A stretch of 63,660 nucleotides of DNA, from NCBI GenBank assembly GCA_014360465.1, contig JACIXQ010000003.1, positions 1-63,660 of the forward strand, written 5' to 3'. The DNA is from a bacterium (GTDB lineage Bacteria > Armatimonadota > JACIXR01). Every line of letters starts with the position of its first letter. The stretch's first letter is position 1. The position numbers and the translations under genes are program-made. The notes beneath the pieces were generated by a model that made no database searches, had not been told where the DNA came from, and worked only from the letters and a program-made list of their open reading frames with translations. Shown piece after piece: positions 39,429 through 49,067 of this stretch.

Positions 39429-41453
39429 TTATTCTATGACCGAAGCAGTTATGAAGATCATAAGCTCGCTGTGTGTCTTGTTTTTGCTGCGCCAGCGAAA
39501 GAGGTTACCGAAGAAGGGAAGGTCAGCAAGTAGGGGAACTTTCCTCATCTGTTCCTCTTCCTTTTCCTGCAGAAGCCCGCCCAGGACTATGCTCTCTCCG
39601 CTCTTCAGCCTCAGCACGGTTTCAGCCTGGCGTGTAGCGATCAATGGTAGGTTGTCCGGGCCATACATACCGATGAGATAGCTCATCTCGGGTCTGACAT
39701 AAAGGGTTATCGTGTTGTCCTCCGCTACCTTAGCGTTTAGTCTCAATATCACTCCTACTTGTTCCTCGGCTACCTCGTAGATGGGCATACCAAGTGGCGT
39801 TATGCCTGTCTTTTTTGTATACATTATCCTTTCTCCCACGAGGATATCCGCTCCCCTTCCATCCACAAGTGCCAAGCTTGGATTAGCTAACTGGATTCCT
39901 TTCCCCTGCGAGAGAATGGCATCTATGGTTGAGGCAAGTTGAAGTGGACTCCTTTCGATTCGTCCTATCTGAATGCCGGAGCCACCTGACTCCGTAAATG
40001 TCTCCGATATGGGGAAACCCCATTGGATTCCCAACTGTTTCGCAGCATCCTCACTTATATCGGTAACCCTTGCCTGGATGTGTATTTGTTTGGGTGGGAT
40101 ATCGAGTTTCTTTAGGGCGGTTTCTGCTTCCTTGACTTCGCTCTCCAGCCCTATTAGCACGAGCTTGTCCGGCTTTTGTTGGAACATTGCCGGAGAGTAG
40201 CCCATTCCCATTCCGCCACTTATACCAGCGCCGAAGCCTCCCAATCCTCCAAATCCTGTTGTTCCCGTTGCCCCTGTAGTGCCTCCAAAGCCGCCTGCTC
40301 CACCAAATCCACCCATACCGTAGCCTCCCATACCATATCCACCTGTCATAGCAGCGAATGCGACAAACGACTGCCCCGGTGCCTTAGCTGCTTTCACCTG
40401 GGGATAAAGGGTCTTTAGCATTTCTACGGCATCGTCAACATCCAGATAGGATAGGGTAACTATCTTGGTTATTTCCTTTTCTTTCACCTCGGGGGCTTGC
40501 ACGCTATCCAACTCGGTGACGAATTTTCTGATTTTTTCCACATCGCTCTCAGGAACTGTAGCTGTTATTACTGTTCCAACAGCCTGGAAGCTACATTTGG
40601 GGTAGACTTTTTCAAGCACAGCTTGAACTTCCCCTGCTTTTGCGTGTTTTAAAGGTATCGTTATTGTGACGGTGGGCAAAGGATATAGTTTCTCCATTTC
40701 TTGAGGAGTGGCTATTATGTAACCTTCCTTCTCCTTTTTGAAGACGAGATTGTTCAGTTTGCAGATGAGTGCGATTGCGTCTTCCACCTTTATCTTCTCT
40801 GCGGTTAAGGTAACTTCTCCCTTGACCTCTGGAGTGAGGAAGAAATTGACGCCCGTTTGCATTGTTAAGGATTTGAAAACATCCCTGATATCGGTTTTTA
40901 GAAAATCAATGGAAACAAGAACCTCGGGGTCATCTCCTTCTGCGGGCTCAGAAGAAGCTTTTACAATTCTAATGGTAGGTGAGGAGTTATTAGAAGTCGT
41001 TGCTTTAGTGATAGATATATTTGCTGGTAAAGATGGCAAAGAGGGAAAACCATCAACTGAACTGTTGGAAGAAGTTGGAGCTTGTTTCTTTTTAATGAGC
41101 AGATTGAAACCTTTATCCAAGTTCACTTGATACTCAGCTTTTTCCAAAGTTTCCACTACCAGCCTGGCGACTGGTGGTTTCTCACTGAATTGGGAAAGTC
41201 TGATTTCCTTTACCGGATAGAAAGAGGTTTTTTCCACTAAGGTAGGGTCATTGTAAATTGTAGCTGGGAAGTCAACGACGATACGGATAGGGGAACCCAT
41301 CTCGGTAAGCTTATAATTTGGGGGCACCTGCCCCTTTACGCTTATTTTCAAGATGTCTCCCTTTTGCTCCAATGATATGCCCGAGATGATGTTTTCTCCA
41401 AGGGCTAACTGTAAAAGAAATAGGGCAAGGAAAATGGGGAGGAATCGCCTCAT
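39429..41453 (-). CDS. pilQ: Secretin PilQ/GspD with an N-terminal AMIN-like domain and a Gly-rich insert
   Basis: RIVVDFP; IDFLKTDIRDV; QIHIQARV.DI; GVIL; GES.VLGGL; VPLL.DLP..GNLFR; ELMIFIT. Confidence 0.9.
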   Translation of the reverse strand: MRRFLPIFLALFLLQLALGENIISGISLEQKGDILKISVKGQVPPNYKLTEMGSPIRIVVDFPATIYNDPTLVEKTSFYPVKEIRLSQFSEKPPVARLVVETLEKAEYQVNLDKGFNLLIKKKQAPTSSNSSVDGFPSLPSLPANISITKATTSNNSSPTIRIVKASSEPAEGDDPEVLVSIDFLKTDIRDVFKSLTMQTGVNFFLTPEVKGEVTLTAEKIKVEDAIALICKLNNLVFKKEKEGYIIATPQEMEKLYPLPTVTITIPLKHAKAGEVQAVLEKVYPKCSFQAVGTVITATVPESDVEKIRKFVTELDSVQAPEVKEKEITKIVTLSYLDVDDAVEMLKTLYPQVKAAKAPGQSFVAFAAMTGGYGMGGYGMGGFGGAGGFGGTTGATGTTGFGGLGGFGAGISGGMGMGYSPAMFQQKPDKLVLIGLESEVKEAETALKKLDIPPKQIHIQARVTDISEDAAKQLGIQWGFPISETFTESGGSGIQIGRIERSPLQLASTIDAILSQGKGIQLANPSLALVDGRGADILVGERIMYTKKTGITPLGMPIYEVAEEQVGVILRLNAKVAEDNTITLYVRPEMSYLIGMYGPDNLPLIATRQAETVLRLKSGESIVLGGLLQEKEEEQMRKVPLLADLPFFGNLFRWRSKNKTHSELMIFITASVIE

Positions 41454-42016
41454 TCGGATCTGCCTCCTTCTTTAGTGTTCAATGTTACCTCTCCTCCTTC
41501 AAATAACACTCTTCCTCTCTCCACCTTATAAATTTTCAAGCCATCTATTTTTTCTCCTTCTCTTACGATGAAACTCTTCTCCCCGATTTTGATTATCGCC
41601 AATTTTTGTGGTCCTAATACTGTTCCTAATAAAACAAGATTAGCGGTAGAGGGTTGTGTAGAAGCCTGCCCACTGGGAAGCTGGGTTACGATTGGGGCGG
41701 GAAGCTTTGGAGGGGAGAGGGGAGTTGTTTTTTGTCCAGAGGGTGTTGCTTTAGATTCGCGGACAAGGGGTTGAAAAGGATTTCGAGGAGGAAGCTCTAA
41801 GGAAAGGTTTGTAATTGTTGCAGGTGTTGGTTGAACAGGGACAGTTGAAGCTTGAGGGGTAGGAGTAGTAGGAGTAGCGGGAGTTTTTGTAGTGGCAATC
41901 TTTTTAGAAGGTGAGGGGGCGGTTGCTGTTCTCAAAATTAAGACCGAGCGAAGGAGAAGTCCTATCAGAATAATGGTCAAAGCTATAAGAAGGATAATTT
42001 TCGTCCTGTTGCTCAT
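41450..42016 (-). CDS. PilP-like type IV pilus protein
   Basis: N-terminal TM, Pro/Thr linker, RNPF.P motif and a beta-rich C-terminus; lies between pilO and pilQ. Confidence 0.55.
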   Translation of the reverse strand: MSNRTKIILLIALTIILIGLLLRSVLILRTATAPSPSKKIATTKTPATPTTPTPQASTVPVQPTPATITNLSLELPPRNPFQPLVRESKATPSGQKTTPLSPPKLPAPIVTQLPSGQASTQPSTANLVLLGTVLGPQKLAIIKIGEKSFIVREGEKIDGLKIYKVERGRVLFEGGEVTLNTKEGGRSE

Positions 42017-42681
42017 CTCGCCTCTCCTCCACCTAAAACGGTTATATTTAAAAAGAGTGAAACCCTTAAGATAGGGGCTTTGCCCTCAACGAGCTGGGGG
42101 GATATGTCCAATTTGGCGAGGCTAAGAGCCTTGGGAAATCTGCGAAAACCATCTATGAATTTCTGAATAGCATAGAAATTGCCTTCAACCTGAAGATTAA
42201 GGGAAATCGTCTCGTAAGGCGAAGCGGGTTTCTTCTCCTGAGCGGGTTGCGTTTCCCTGTATGTTCCTCTTTTAACTCCTACCTCTTCTTCTTTTTTGCT
42301 TCTCGGAGCTGCGGATGGGGGTTGAGGAGGAGCTTGTTGAGGGCTTATATTAGTTATTTTGACTCCGCATTGATGAGCAAAGCTTTCCAGCTGAGCCAAA
42401 AAGGTGGGAATATAAGCAGGAGTAGGGAGATTCCATTCGACGGTTTGTAACTGGGATTTCAGTGAATTTAGAGTTTGTTCTAATTGGGGGATTTGACGAT
42501 AAATCTGTGAATATTTCGTGAGTTCTGTGTTCTTATCCCTCACCTCTTTCGCTAAATTTCCAATAATCATCTGCTGCCTGTAGATTAGGAAGCCGAAGAG
42601 GAGCAATTCCACGACGAAGAAGGCTATAACAGCTTGCAAAAATTTTCTTGTTATCTTGAAAGCTGGTAATCTCAGCCTCAT
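42013..42681 (-). CDS. pilO: Type IV pilus assembly protein PilO
   Basis: TM plus coiled coil; LP....P.FL..L...A..CGV.I..I.P; GNFYAI..F. Confidence 0.8.
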   Translation of the reverse strand: MRLRLPAFKITRKFLQAVIAFFVVELLLFGFLIYRQQMIIGNLAKEVRDKNTELTKYSQIYRQIPQLEQTLNSLKSQLQTVEWNLPTPAYIPTFLAQLESFAHQCGVKITNISPQQAPPQPPSAAPRSKKEEEVGVKRGTYRETQPAQEKKPASPYETISLNLQVEGNFYAIQKFIDGFRRFPKALSLAKLDISPQLVEGKAPILRVSLFLNITVLGGGEAR

Positions 42682-43262
42682 TGGCTTCCACCTTCAATTG
42701 GGATTGTTTGTAGCTCCATCTGAAATTGAACCACTTCCCTTTCGGCTATCTTCGTCAGATTTGCTGATTTTAGGTTGACTGATTGATAGTGTCCCGCTGA
42801 TTGTAATCTCAGCATATAGTCACCAATGCTTTCATAGTTCAAGGATTTCCCACTAAGAGAGATCTGGATATTGCCTCCAGCTGCAGGTGAGAAGGAGACA
42901 TTGTCAAGCCAGGCATCCAGTGGCAGTAGCCTTTGGAGTTCCAGCGATAGACCATGCCAAATTAAGACATTCTCTCTTAATTTATTGATTAACTGAAGAC
43001 GAGGCTTCAATGCATCTATTTGTTTTTGAAGCTGGTCAGCGTAATTAAGGGTAGGTCGGAGGCTTTCAATTTTCGCATCAAGTTCCCTGATATCACCTTG
43101 GAGGGTATATATCCTAATTGAACTGTAGAGAAAATAGAGGATGATACCTGCCAAGAGAAAGACACAAGCCCAAATCATTTGCCTTCCTCTTTTCTCAAGT
43201 AACCTTGCTCTTCTGCGTCGTTCTATAACCAGGTTAATAAGGAGATGTTTCCTCTCCTTCAT
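42678..43262 (-). CDS. pilN: Type IV pilus assembly protein PilN
   Basis: INL motif, TM, coiled coil; LP.DAWL..V; ISLSG.S. Confidence 0.82.
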   Translation of the reverse strand: MKERKHLLINLVIERRRRARLLEKRGRQMIWACVFLLAGIILYFLYSSIRIYTLQGDIRELDAKIESLRPTLNYADQLQKQIDALKPRLQLINKLRENVLIWHGLSLELQRLLPLDAWLDNVSFSPAAGGNIQISLSGKSLNYESIGDYMLRLQSAGHYQSVNLKSANLTKIAEREVVQFQMELQTIPIEGGSQ

Positions 43263-44227
43263 TCTATCACTCCTTCAAGGATGGCTGCTTTCTCTCGCAG
43301 AGCCAGGCCGTATGCAACAACCAGGAGAGGAAAAGAGGAGAAGAGGGTATCAAGAGCAGATTCGTTGCTCCTCTCGCTGAGTAATTCCTTATCAGGTGAA
43401 GCAACTTCGCAGGTAATACCGATGCTTTTGGAGAGAAATTCAGCAAAATCACCTATATCTTGTCTGCTTCCCGAAATCAGCAACCTCGCTACTGTATTCT
43501 CTTTGATTTCGTGCTCTTCTCTATATTGAGCTCTGTAGAAATCAAGGAACCTGCGGACTTCCCTCATCAATCTTTCTCTATCTTCTTCTTTTCTTTCCTT
43601 TGTTGCTGGCAAAGCTCGGGTTAGGGCGAACTCTCCCTTCTCCACTATCACCATAGTGGAGTATGAACCACCAGTGTGAAGGAGTCCGAGCGTTTCCGTC
43701 TTTCTTGTTGGAGAGAAATCTATCAAGGCTCGTTGAAGTGCAAATGGTTCTATATCAAGGGCGACAAGTTCAAGTCCCAATTTTTCCGCGAGGTTGACCC
43801 TCTCCTCAACCATACTTGCGGGAACGATTACGAATATCACATCAATTTGTGGCGGTTCTCCAGCAATGGTTGAGAGCACCTGATATTCTAAGGTTGCTTC
43901 CTCAATTGGGAAGGCGAGGAGGGATTTCGCCTCCCATAGGAGTGTCCTTTTAATCTGTCCATCGGGCATTGAAGGAATCCTCGTCTTTCTAACCAAAACG
44001 AGAGGGTTGAATATGGACATAGCGACTTTCTCCGCTACGAAATGTCCATTCTTGAGAAAGTTATCAAGCGCAATTGCAAGTTTATCCAAATACTTTATCC
44101 TTCCCTCTTCTATGCTACCCTCAGGAGTAGAAGTAAAGCTTGCCCGTAAGAGGGTTACCTTCTCTCCTCGGGCATCTACTTCAACAGCTCTTATATAGCG
44201 AGAACCTATGTCTATGCCGGTGTACAT
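43259..44227 (-). CDS. pilM: Type IV pilus assembly protein PilM (actin-like fold)
   Basis: GIDIGS..I..VE; LD.EPFAL; LL.SG; VAYGLALR. Confidence 0.85.
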   Translation of the reverse strand: MYTGIDIGSRYIRAVEVDARGEKVTLLRASFTSTPEGSIEEGRIKYLDKLAIALDNFLKNGHFVAEKVAMSIFNPLVLVRKTRIPSMPDGQIKRTLLWEAKSLLAFPIEEATLEYQVLSTIAGEPPQIDVIFVIVPASMVEERVNLAEKLGLELVALDIEPFALQRALIDFSPTRKTETLGLLHTGGSYSTMVIVEKGEFALTRALPATKERKEEDRERLMREVRRFLDFYRAQYREEHEIKENTVARLLISGSRQDIGDFAEFLSKSIGITCEVASPDKELLSERSNESALDTLFSSFPLLVVAYGLALREKAAILEGVIE

Positions 44228-44246
44228 AATTTATTCATCCATCTAT

Positions 44247-44276
44247 ATGATAAAAAGGAGGTCTATAGTTTGTCAA
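44247..44276 (-). promoter_or_regulatory. Promoter for pilMNOPQ
   Basis: Minus strand reads TTGACA-18 nt-TATCAT, 19 nt upstream of the pilM ATG. Confidence 0.6.
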
Positions 44277-44335
44277 ATTTTTAGATTTCGCATTATTTTT
44301 TTTGGGGAATAATAAATGGTTGGAAAGATTTTACA

Positions 44336-45778
44336 TCACCTCTCTTGCCAAGCAAGGAATGTTATTGGATAGGCGTAACTTTCCCCAGGGAGGGGAAGGT
44401 TTATCTCCTTTATGCGAGGGTCATAAGTAACCTGAACATTGCCCTTCGTTATGACCTGGTCTCCTATAACCGCCCCGTTAATTTTAACATTACCCAAAAG
44501 GTCAACTTCAGTGGGAAGCTCTATATTGTGGGAGTAAAGGAGACCATCAACAGTCACATTACCAGCTACTTTGAGCGTCCCTGGCGTTATCAAAGCGATG
44601 AAATCGCTTCCCGCCTGATAGGTGACATTTCCAGTAACCTTTATGCCATTTTGGGCAACTATCATCCCCTGCCCCGAAATGGTCCCTGATATGCTTACTT
44701 GTCCCTCAACGAAGATTATGCCATTCAAAGTGATATTTCCGGCGAAAGTCATATCGCCCGGATAATATTGAGTTGCTTTTGAACGATAAAAGTTCAAATC
44801 TATATCGGGCAGAGGAATCTTGGGTTGATTTTGAAAAATCTGACCCTGGATGATATTATTTCCTCCATAGGTAACAGTTCCTCCCGCTGAGGCATTTCCC
44901 GAAGGTGAATCAGCTACTCCATCGTCGTTGGTATCAACATAATAGATGAACGGACCATAGCTTTGCACGCTATCAACCTTTCCATCTCCATTACTATCAT
45001 TGAGAAGCGGTGTTCCATTTTGGTCTTTCACTACCGCATCGGGTATTCCATCTAAGTTGGTATCAATCGCATAGGGAGTTTCAGCTTTTCCATTGCCATC
45101 GTAATCTATGAGCAAGGGCACTTGAAGCCCATTAACGGTTACCCATTGAGCATCTTGGGTAATGGGGTTGGGGGTTTTCAAAGTTAATTGCAGGGTGAAG
45201 ACATCCGCGGTTCCCGTGAATACGATATCTCCATTAGCTCCTACATCTCCCTTTATCCAACTGCTCCCCACTATATCAAGCCTTTTATCGCTGAAAATAG
45301 CGAAGTCAAAAACCTCTGAGCGGTGGTAGCTCCAGTATATCTGAACCAATGCTCTAACAGTTCTACTTTCACCCCTTGGAGCGTAGCCGGTTGAAACGAC
45401 TTCAACATTGTAGGGACCAGGTGAAGGTTGGGAGGGATTGAGGATTTTGGCGGTGAATTGGAAATAGCCAACTCCCAGGTTATCGTTTGGGTCATTGGAA
45501 GGACTTTCCGAGTATTGTCCCGTGGTGCGGAGGATTTCCGCCGAATTATTATAGTTGTTGGCTAAATTCCAGAGACATTTGCTCACTCCCGCATCGGCGA
45601 GCTGTAGGGCAACGGTCATCTGGGAAGTTCTCACTGCAGAATGCAAAGATTGGACGGCATAGCTGATAAAGAAAACGCTTATTATAGCAAGCACGAGTAA
45701 AAAAATCAGAACGGTTATGAATGCTATACCCTTTTCCTCACTCAATTTCTTGCCCAAGCTTTCGCTTCCAAAGAGCAT
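44336..45778 (-). CDS. Large PilX-like minor pilin with a DxDxDG-repeat insert
   Basis: KG-IAFITVLIFLL prepilin-like N-terminus without Glu5; A..LADAG helix; V.STG; C-terminal G/V/I-rich beta repeats. Confidence 0.65.
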   Translation of the reverse strand: MLFGSESLGKKLSEEKGIAFITVLIFLLVLAIISVFFISYAVQSLHSAVRTSQMTVALQLADAGVSKCLWNLANNYNNSAEILRTTGQYSESPSNDPNDNLGVGYFQFTAKILNPSQPSPGPYNVEVVSTGYAPRGESRTVRALVQIYWSYHRSEVFDFAIFSDKRLDIVGSSWIKGDVGANGDIVFTGTADVFTLQLTLKTPNPITQDAQWVTVNGLQVPLLIDYDGNGKAETPYAIDTNLDGIPDAVVKDQNGTPLLNDSNGDGKVDSVQSYGPFIYYVDTNDDGVADSPSGNASAGGTVTYGGNNIIQGQIFQNQPKIPLPDIDLNFYRSKATQYYPGDMTFAGNITLNGIIFVEGQVSISGTISGQGMIVAQNGIKVTGNVTYQAGSDFIALITPGTLKVAGNVTVDGLLYSHNIELPTEVDLLGNVKINGAVIGDQVITKGNVQVTYDPRIKEINLPLPGESYAYPITFLAWQER

Positions 45779-46272
45779 ATTTGTTCACCTTCTCTTGCTG
45801 TTAAGCTAACTTTAATCTGGTCAACTGTTCCCTCGAGGCTAAAGGATAGCGACTCTATGCCGGTTGCAATGATTCTCGTTTCCGTATCCCTTTGGCGAAC
45901 CAAATTTCCATCCTCGGTGAGATAATAAGTTATGGGTATAGGGTCTCTAATAATGGGGAGTATTATATTGCCATTAGAATCGGTAAGAGGCTGATAAATA
46001 ATTATCGTGGAACCTTTGTCCTGAGGGATTGAGACATCCATAGCCATTCGCAAATCCCTGAGGAGCCATTCCATAGCAATTCTTGCCTTATGCTCAGCAG
46101 ATGCTTTTTTCTCTCCCCATTCTCGCCCTCGCAAGGCGAGGATATAGATATTAAGCACCGAAAGGACGATCAGGAGTATTATCAAAGAAACGACGAGAGC
46201 CTCAGGTAGTGTTAAACCTCTTCGGCTTCTAATAGTATAGCGATATGAGGGAAGTGATTTTAACCGTTCCAC
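45742..46272 (-). CDS. PilW-like minor pilin (start uncertain)
   Basis: RRG-LTLPEALVVSLII class III signal. The nearest plausible start is the GTG at 46272. Confidence 0.65.
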   Translation of the reverse strand: MERLKSLPSYRYTIRSRRGLTLPEALVVSLIILLIVLSVLNIYILALRGREWGEKKASAEHKARIAMEWLLRDLRMAMDVSIPQDKGSTIIIYQPLTDSNGNIILPIIRDPIPITYYLTEDGNLVRQRDTETRIIATGIESLSFSLEGTVDQIKVSLTAREGEQICSLEAKAWARN

Positions 46273-46621
46273 TTTTTGTCCCTGCTCCTTGCCAATTGAT
46301 AGTGATTTCCACTTTTGCGATATTCTTTGAATTGGTGTTTGGGTAGGGGGAAACCTTAATTTGCCCCTGCCCATTCGGCAATTGGCTGACGCTGAAGGTT
46401 TGGGTACCAAAGGTAAGAGAGTTATAGCCTGCCTTTCGCAACTCCTCCATTTTCTCCTGGGCTATATCGGTTGCAATGCTGGTGAGTTCACCTCTTTGTA
46501 TTATCGCCTGCCCGCTTGGAAACGCGGAGGCGAATATCAAAACAAGTAGAGAAAGAAGAAGGATGGAAACGATGCCTTCTATTAAAGTAAAGCCCCTCAA
46601 TTTATTCCTTCTATAAATCAA
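46229..46621 (-). CDS. PilV-like minor pilin
   Basis: LRG-FTLIEGIVSILLL; A..KMEELR; V.ITINW; TTG start after GGAGG. Confidence 0.72.
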   Translation of the reverse strand: MIYRRNKLRGFTLIEGIVSILLLSLLVLIFASAFPSGQAIIQRGELTSIATDIAQEKMEELRKAGYNSLTFGTQTFSVSQLPNGQGQIKVSPYPNTNSKNIAKVEITINWQGAGTKSGTVKITSLISLYY

Positions 46622-46716
46622 CTTTCCTCCGCCTATTTCGTTATAATATTTTGAAAAACCGATATTTCTCACTTTCCTTTCTCTGATTGTCAATGGACAT
46701 CAACTTTTTAATCCAA

Positions 46717-46752
46717 GGAGGGCGGGGCTCTTTTAAAGAAACCCCGCCCACC
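46717..46752 (-). terminator. GC-rich hairpin after pilA (leaky terminator or mRNA-stabilising stem)
   Basis: GGGCGGGG at 46720-46727 pairs with CCCCGCCC at 46742-46749; the U-tract is weak. Confidence 0.6.
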
Positions 46753-46767
46753 TTTTAGACGCTGGTG

Positions 46768-47130
46768 TTAGAGCCCGGCCATAGCAGTGTCCAAGTCGCC
46801 ATGTACGCTACAAGAAACGGTGTAGTCATTGAGAGTGCCAGATATTGTGTAAGTGCCACCGCTCGGGCAAGTTGGTGTAGTTTTGAGCCAATTCGAATAA
46901 GCGTCTAGGTCTGTTGGAACCTCGGTATCGCCCGAAGCTTTCGTTTCCATTCCCCATTGTTCTACAGCGGCTTGTATCTCCTTCATATTGGCTACGCAAG
47001 CTCGCAATCTTGCGTTTTCCCTTGCCCTCAAGAAGTTGGGCAGTGCAATGGCGATGAGAATCCCGATGATGAGCACGACGATCATCATCTCCACCAGCGT
47101 AAAGCCTTTTCTACTTCTTAGTTTTGCCAT
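46768..47130 (-). CDS. pilA: Type IV major pilin-like protein
   Basis: RKG-FTLVEMMIVVLIIGILIAIALPNF; C..N...I..A; CPSGG.Y...C..HG. Confidence 0.88.
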   Translation of the reverse strand: MAKLRSRKGFTLVEMMIVVLIIGILIAIALPNFLRARENARLRACVANMKEIQAAVEQWGMETKASGDTEVPTDLDAYSNWLKTTPTCPSGGTYTISGTLNDYTVSCSVHGDLDTAMAGL

Positions 47131-47283
47131 TTTAGTTCACCTCCTTTCTTTAAATATCCTTTTAATTAGATAAATATAATATAGTTGCCATCCTGTCAAC
47201 ATTTTTTTTTAAACTTTAGACTTTTTTTCTGAATTTTTGTTCCTAAATTTTCCCGAAAATCAAGTCAAGAAAATTTTCATCAT

Positions 47284-48366
47284 TCAGAGAAGAAGGGCGA
47301 GATTATCCCTGTGGATTACCTCTTCATAGCCCTTATAACCGAGTATCTCTTCAATCTCGCTTGAACGATGACCCATTATCAACTTCAACTCATCAGAGTC
47401 ATAATTCGTCAATCCTCTGGCGAACTCTTTCCCATCATAGATTATCCTCACAACATCTCCCCTTTTGAATGTCCCCTCAACATCAATGACTCCAACAGGC
47501 AATAGGCTCTTGTTCTCCTCAACAATCGCTTTCATTGCTCCCTCGTTCACGACGACCTTTCCCCGGGGACGGGAGATGAATGTGAGCCATTGCTTCTTTG
47601 CCTGAAGCCTTTTCATTGCGGGAAAGAATGTCCCAAGTTCCTTGCTCTCCAGAACGATTTTTTGAATCACTTTCTCCATTCTTCCGTTAGCTATAACGAC
47701 ATCCGTTCCGGCGGATGTGGCTATCCTCGCCGATTCAAGCTTTGACCTCATTCCACCCCTTCCCCATCTTCCCGGCGGTCCAGCCAGCGCGTAAATATCC
47801 TCTGAGATGTTATCAACTCTTTGGATAACCTTTCCTTGTTCATCTAACAATCCATCTACATCGGATAGAAGAAGCAATAGGTCGGCTGAAACAGTTGCGG
47901 CAACCATGCCTGCGAGGATGTCATTGTCGCCAAAACGTATCTCCTCCGTTGCTACGGTGTCGTTCTCGTTTATGATGGGGATTACCTGAAGTTGGAGCAG
48001 AGCGAGAAGTGTGTTACGGGCATTGAGAAAGCGATTACGACTCGCTAAATCCTCATGTGTTAAGAGAACCTGCCCGATGGTCAGATTGTGTTGAGAAAAA
48101 GCCGATTCGTATATCCTCATAAGTATCCCTTGTCCGACCGAGGCTACAGCCTGGATGAAGGGGAGGGGGAGATTGTCATTCAATCCAAGATGCGTCAATC
48201 CCGCCCTTATTGCCCCAGAGGTAACCAGGATAACTTCTATTCCATTTCTCTTGAGTTCTGCGATATCTTCCGCTAAAGAAGAAACGAAATCCTCGTCAAT
48301 TCTTTCCTTTTCTCCAAGGAGAGTGCTCGTTCCTACCTTTATAACAATCCTTTTCCTCCGCTTCAT
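47284..48366 (-). CDS. proB: Glutamate 5-kinase with PUA domain
   Basis: VIKVGTS; VTSGAI; PIINENDTV; FGDND.LA; GRGGM.SK; C-terminal PUA domain ending IHRDNL. Confidence 0.96.
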   Translation of the reverse strand: MKRRKRIVIKVGTSTLLGEKERIDEDFVSSLAEDIAELKRNGIEVILVTSGAIRAGLTHLGLNDNLPLPFIQAVASVGQGILMRIYESAFSQHNLTIGQVLLTHEDLASRNRFLNARNTLLALLQLQVIPIINENDTVATEEIRFGDNDILAGMVAATVSADLLLLLSDVDGLLDEQGKVIQRVDNISEDIYALAGPPGRWGRGGMRSKLESARIATSAGTDVVIANGRMEKVIQKIVLESKELGTFFPAMKRLQAKKQWLTFISRPRGKVVVNEGAMKAIVEENKSLLPVGVIDVEGTFKRGDVVRIIYDGKEFARGLTNYDSDELKLIMGHRSSEIEEILGYKGYEEVIHRDNLALLL

Positions 48367-49067
48367 AGTTTCAAGTCGGCTCGCATCGCACCCTTGGGCG
48401 GCTTAAAGCTGAATGTGGAAGGAGAAATCTTGGGATTGAGCTTGAGGTCAGAGACCTCTTCCTCCATTGCGGCGAATTTGATATCTATCTTAGTTTTGAG
48501 GGGAAGGTATGTCTTCTTGTCCACATAGATGATGAAGCTGTCATTGTCCTTCGTTTTAAGGGTGAGGAGGAGATAATCGGCTTTTGGAGGAGTCGTGAGG
48601 GAGGCTGAAGTGATGCCGACGAGCAATCTTTCCTTGAGGTTTGGGGTGAGAACGAAGGAAAGGAGGGAGAAGCCGGTGGCTTTTTCAATTCGCTGAGGGG
48701 TAGGTTCAAAGGCGCCGTAGCGGTTCGTCTGGTATTCGTAGAGGAATAGCTGGTTACCATCGCAGACAAAAAGTAGGGTGCTTTTGCCTTCTTGAGAGGC
48801 ATCTATGCGGAAAAAGGAAGGTTTCTTCAGCCAAATTTTCGCCTTGCTTTGTTGGGTCTTGGTGAGTTTTTTACCTTTAGAAGTTAGCGTCACTTTTGAA
48901 ATATATTGGACGCTCTGAAGGTCCTTCATCGCTTTCTCCATCTTATCAAGGCAGGAGATGACCTCCTTGGGAAGAAATGGTGGAGGAGAAACCTTCGCCT
49001 CCTTCTTCCCAGCACAGCCCGATAAGAATACGATGATTGCTAATATCGGCGTCAGCCTTTTAATAAT
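48363..49067 (-). CDS. LolA-fold (DUF2092-like) lipoprotein; inferred ATT start
   Basis: The frame is open from ATT 49067: IIKRLTPILAIIVFLSG-C lipobox, then KPSFFRID, CDGNQL..Y, IYVD..TYLP, F.FKPP.GA. An in-frame TGA lies two codons upstream. Confidence 0.7.
   Translation of the reverse strand: MIKRLTPILAIIVFLSGCAGKKEAKVSPPPFLPKEVISCLDKMEKAMKDLQSVQYISKVTLTSKGKKLTKTQQSKAKIWLKKPSFFRIDASQEGKSTLLFVCDGNQLFLYEYQTNRYGAFEPTPQRIEKATGFSLLSFVLTPNLKERLLVGITSASLTTPPKADYLLLTLKTKDNDSFIIYVDKKTYLPLKTKIDIKFAAMEEEVSDLKLNPKISPSTFSFKPPKGAMRADLKL

Noticed and set aside
46232-46240. Possible ATT start for the PilW-like pilin
   Set aside because: There is no SD before it, and a GTG at 46272 with upstream purine-rich sequence is a simpler explanation.
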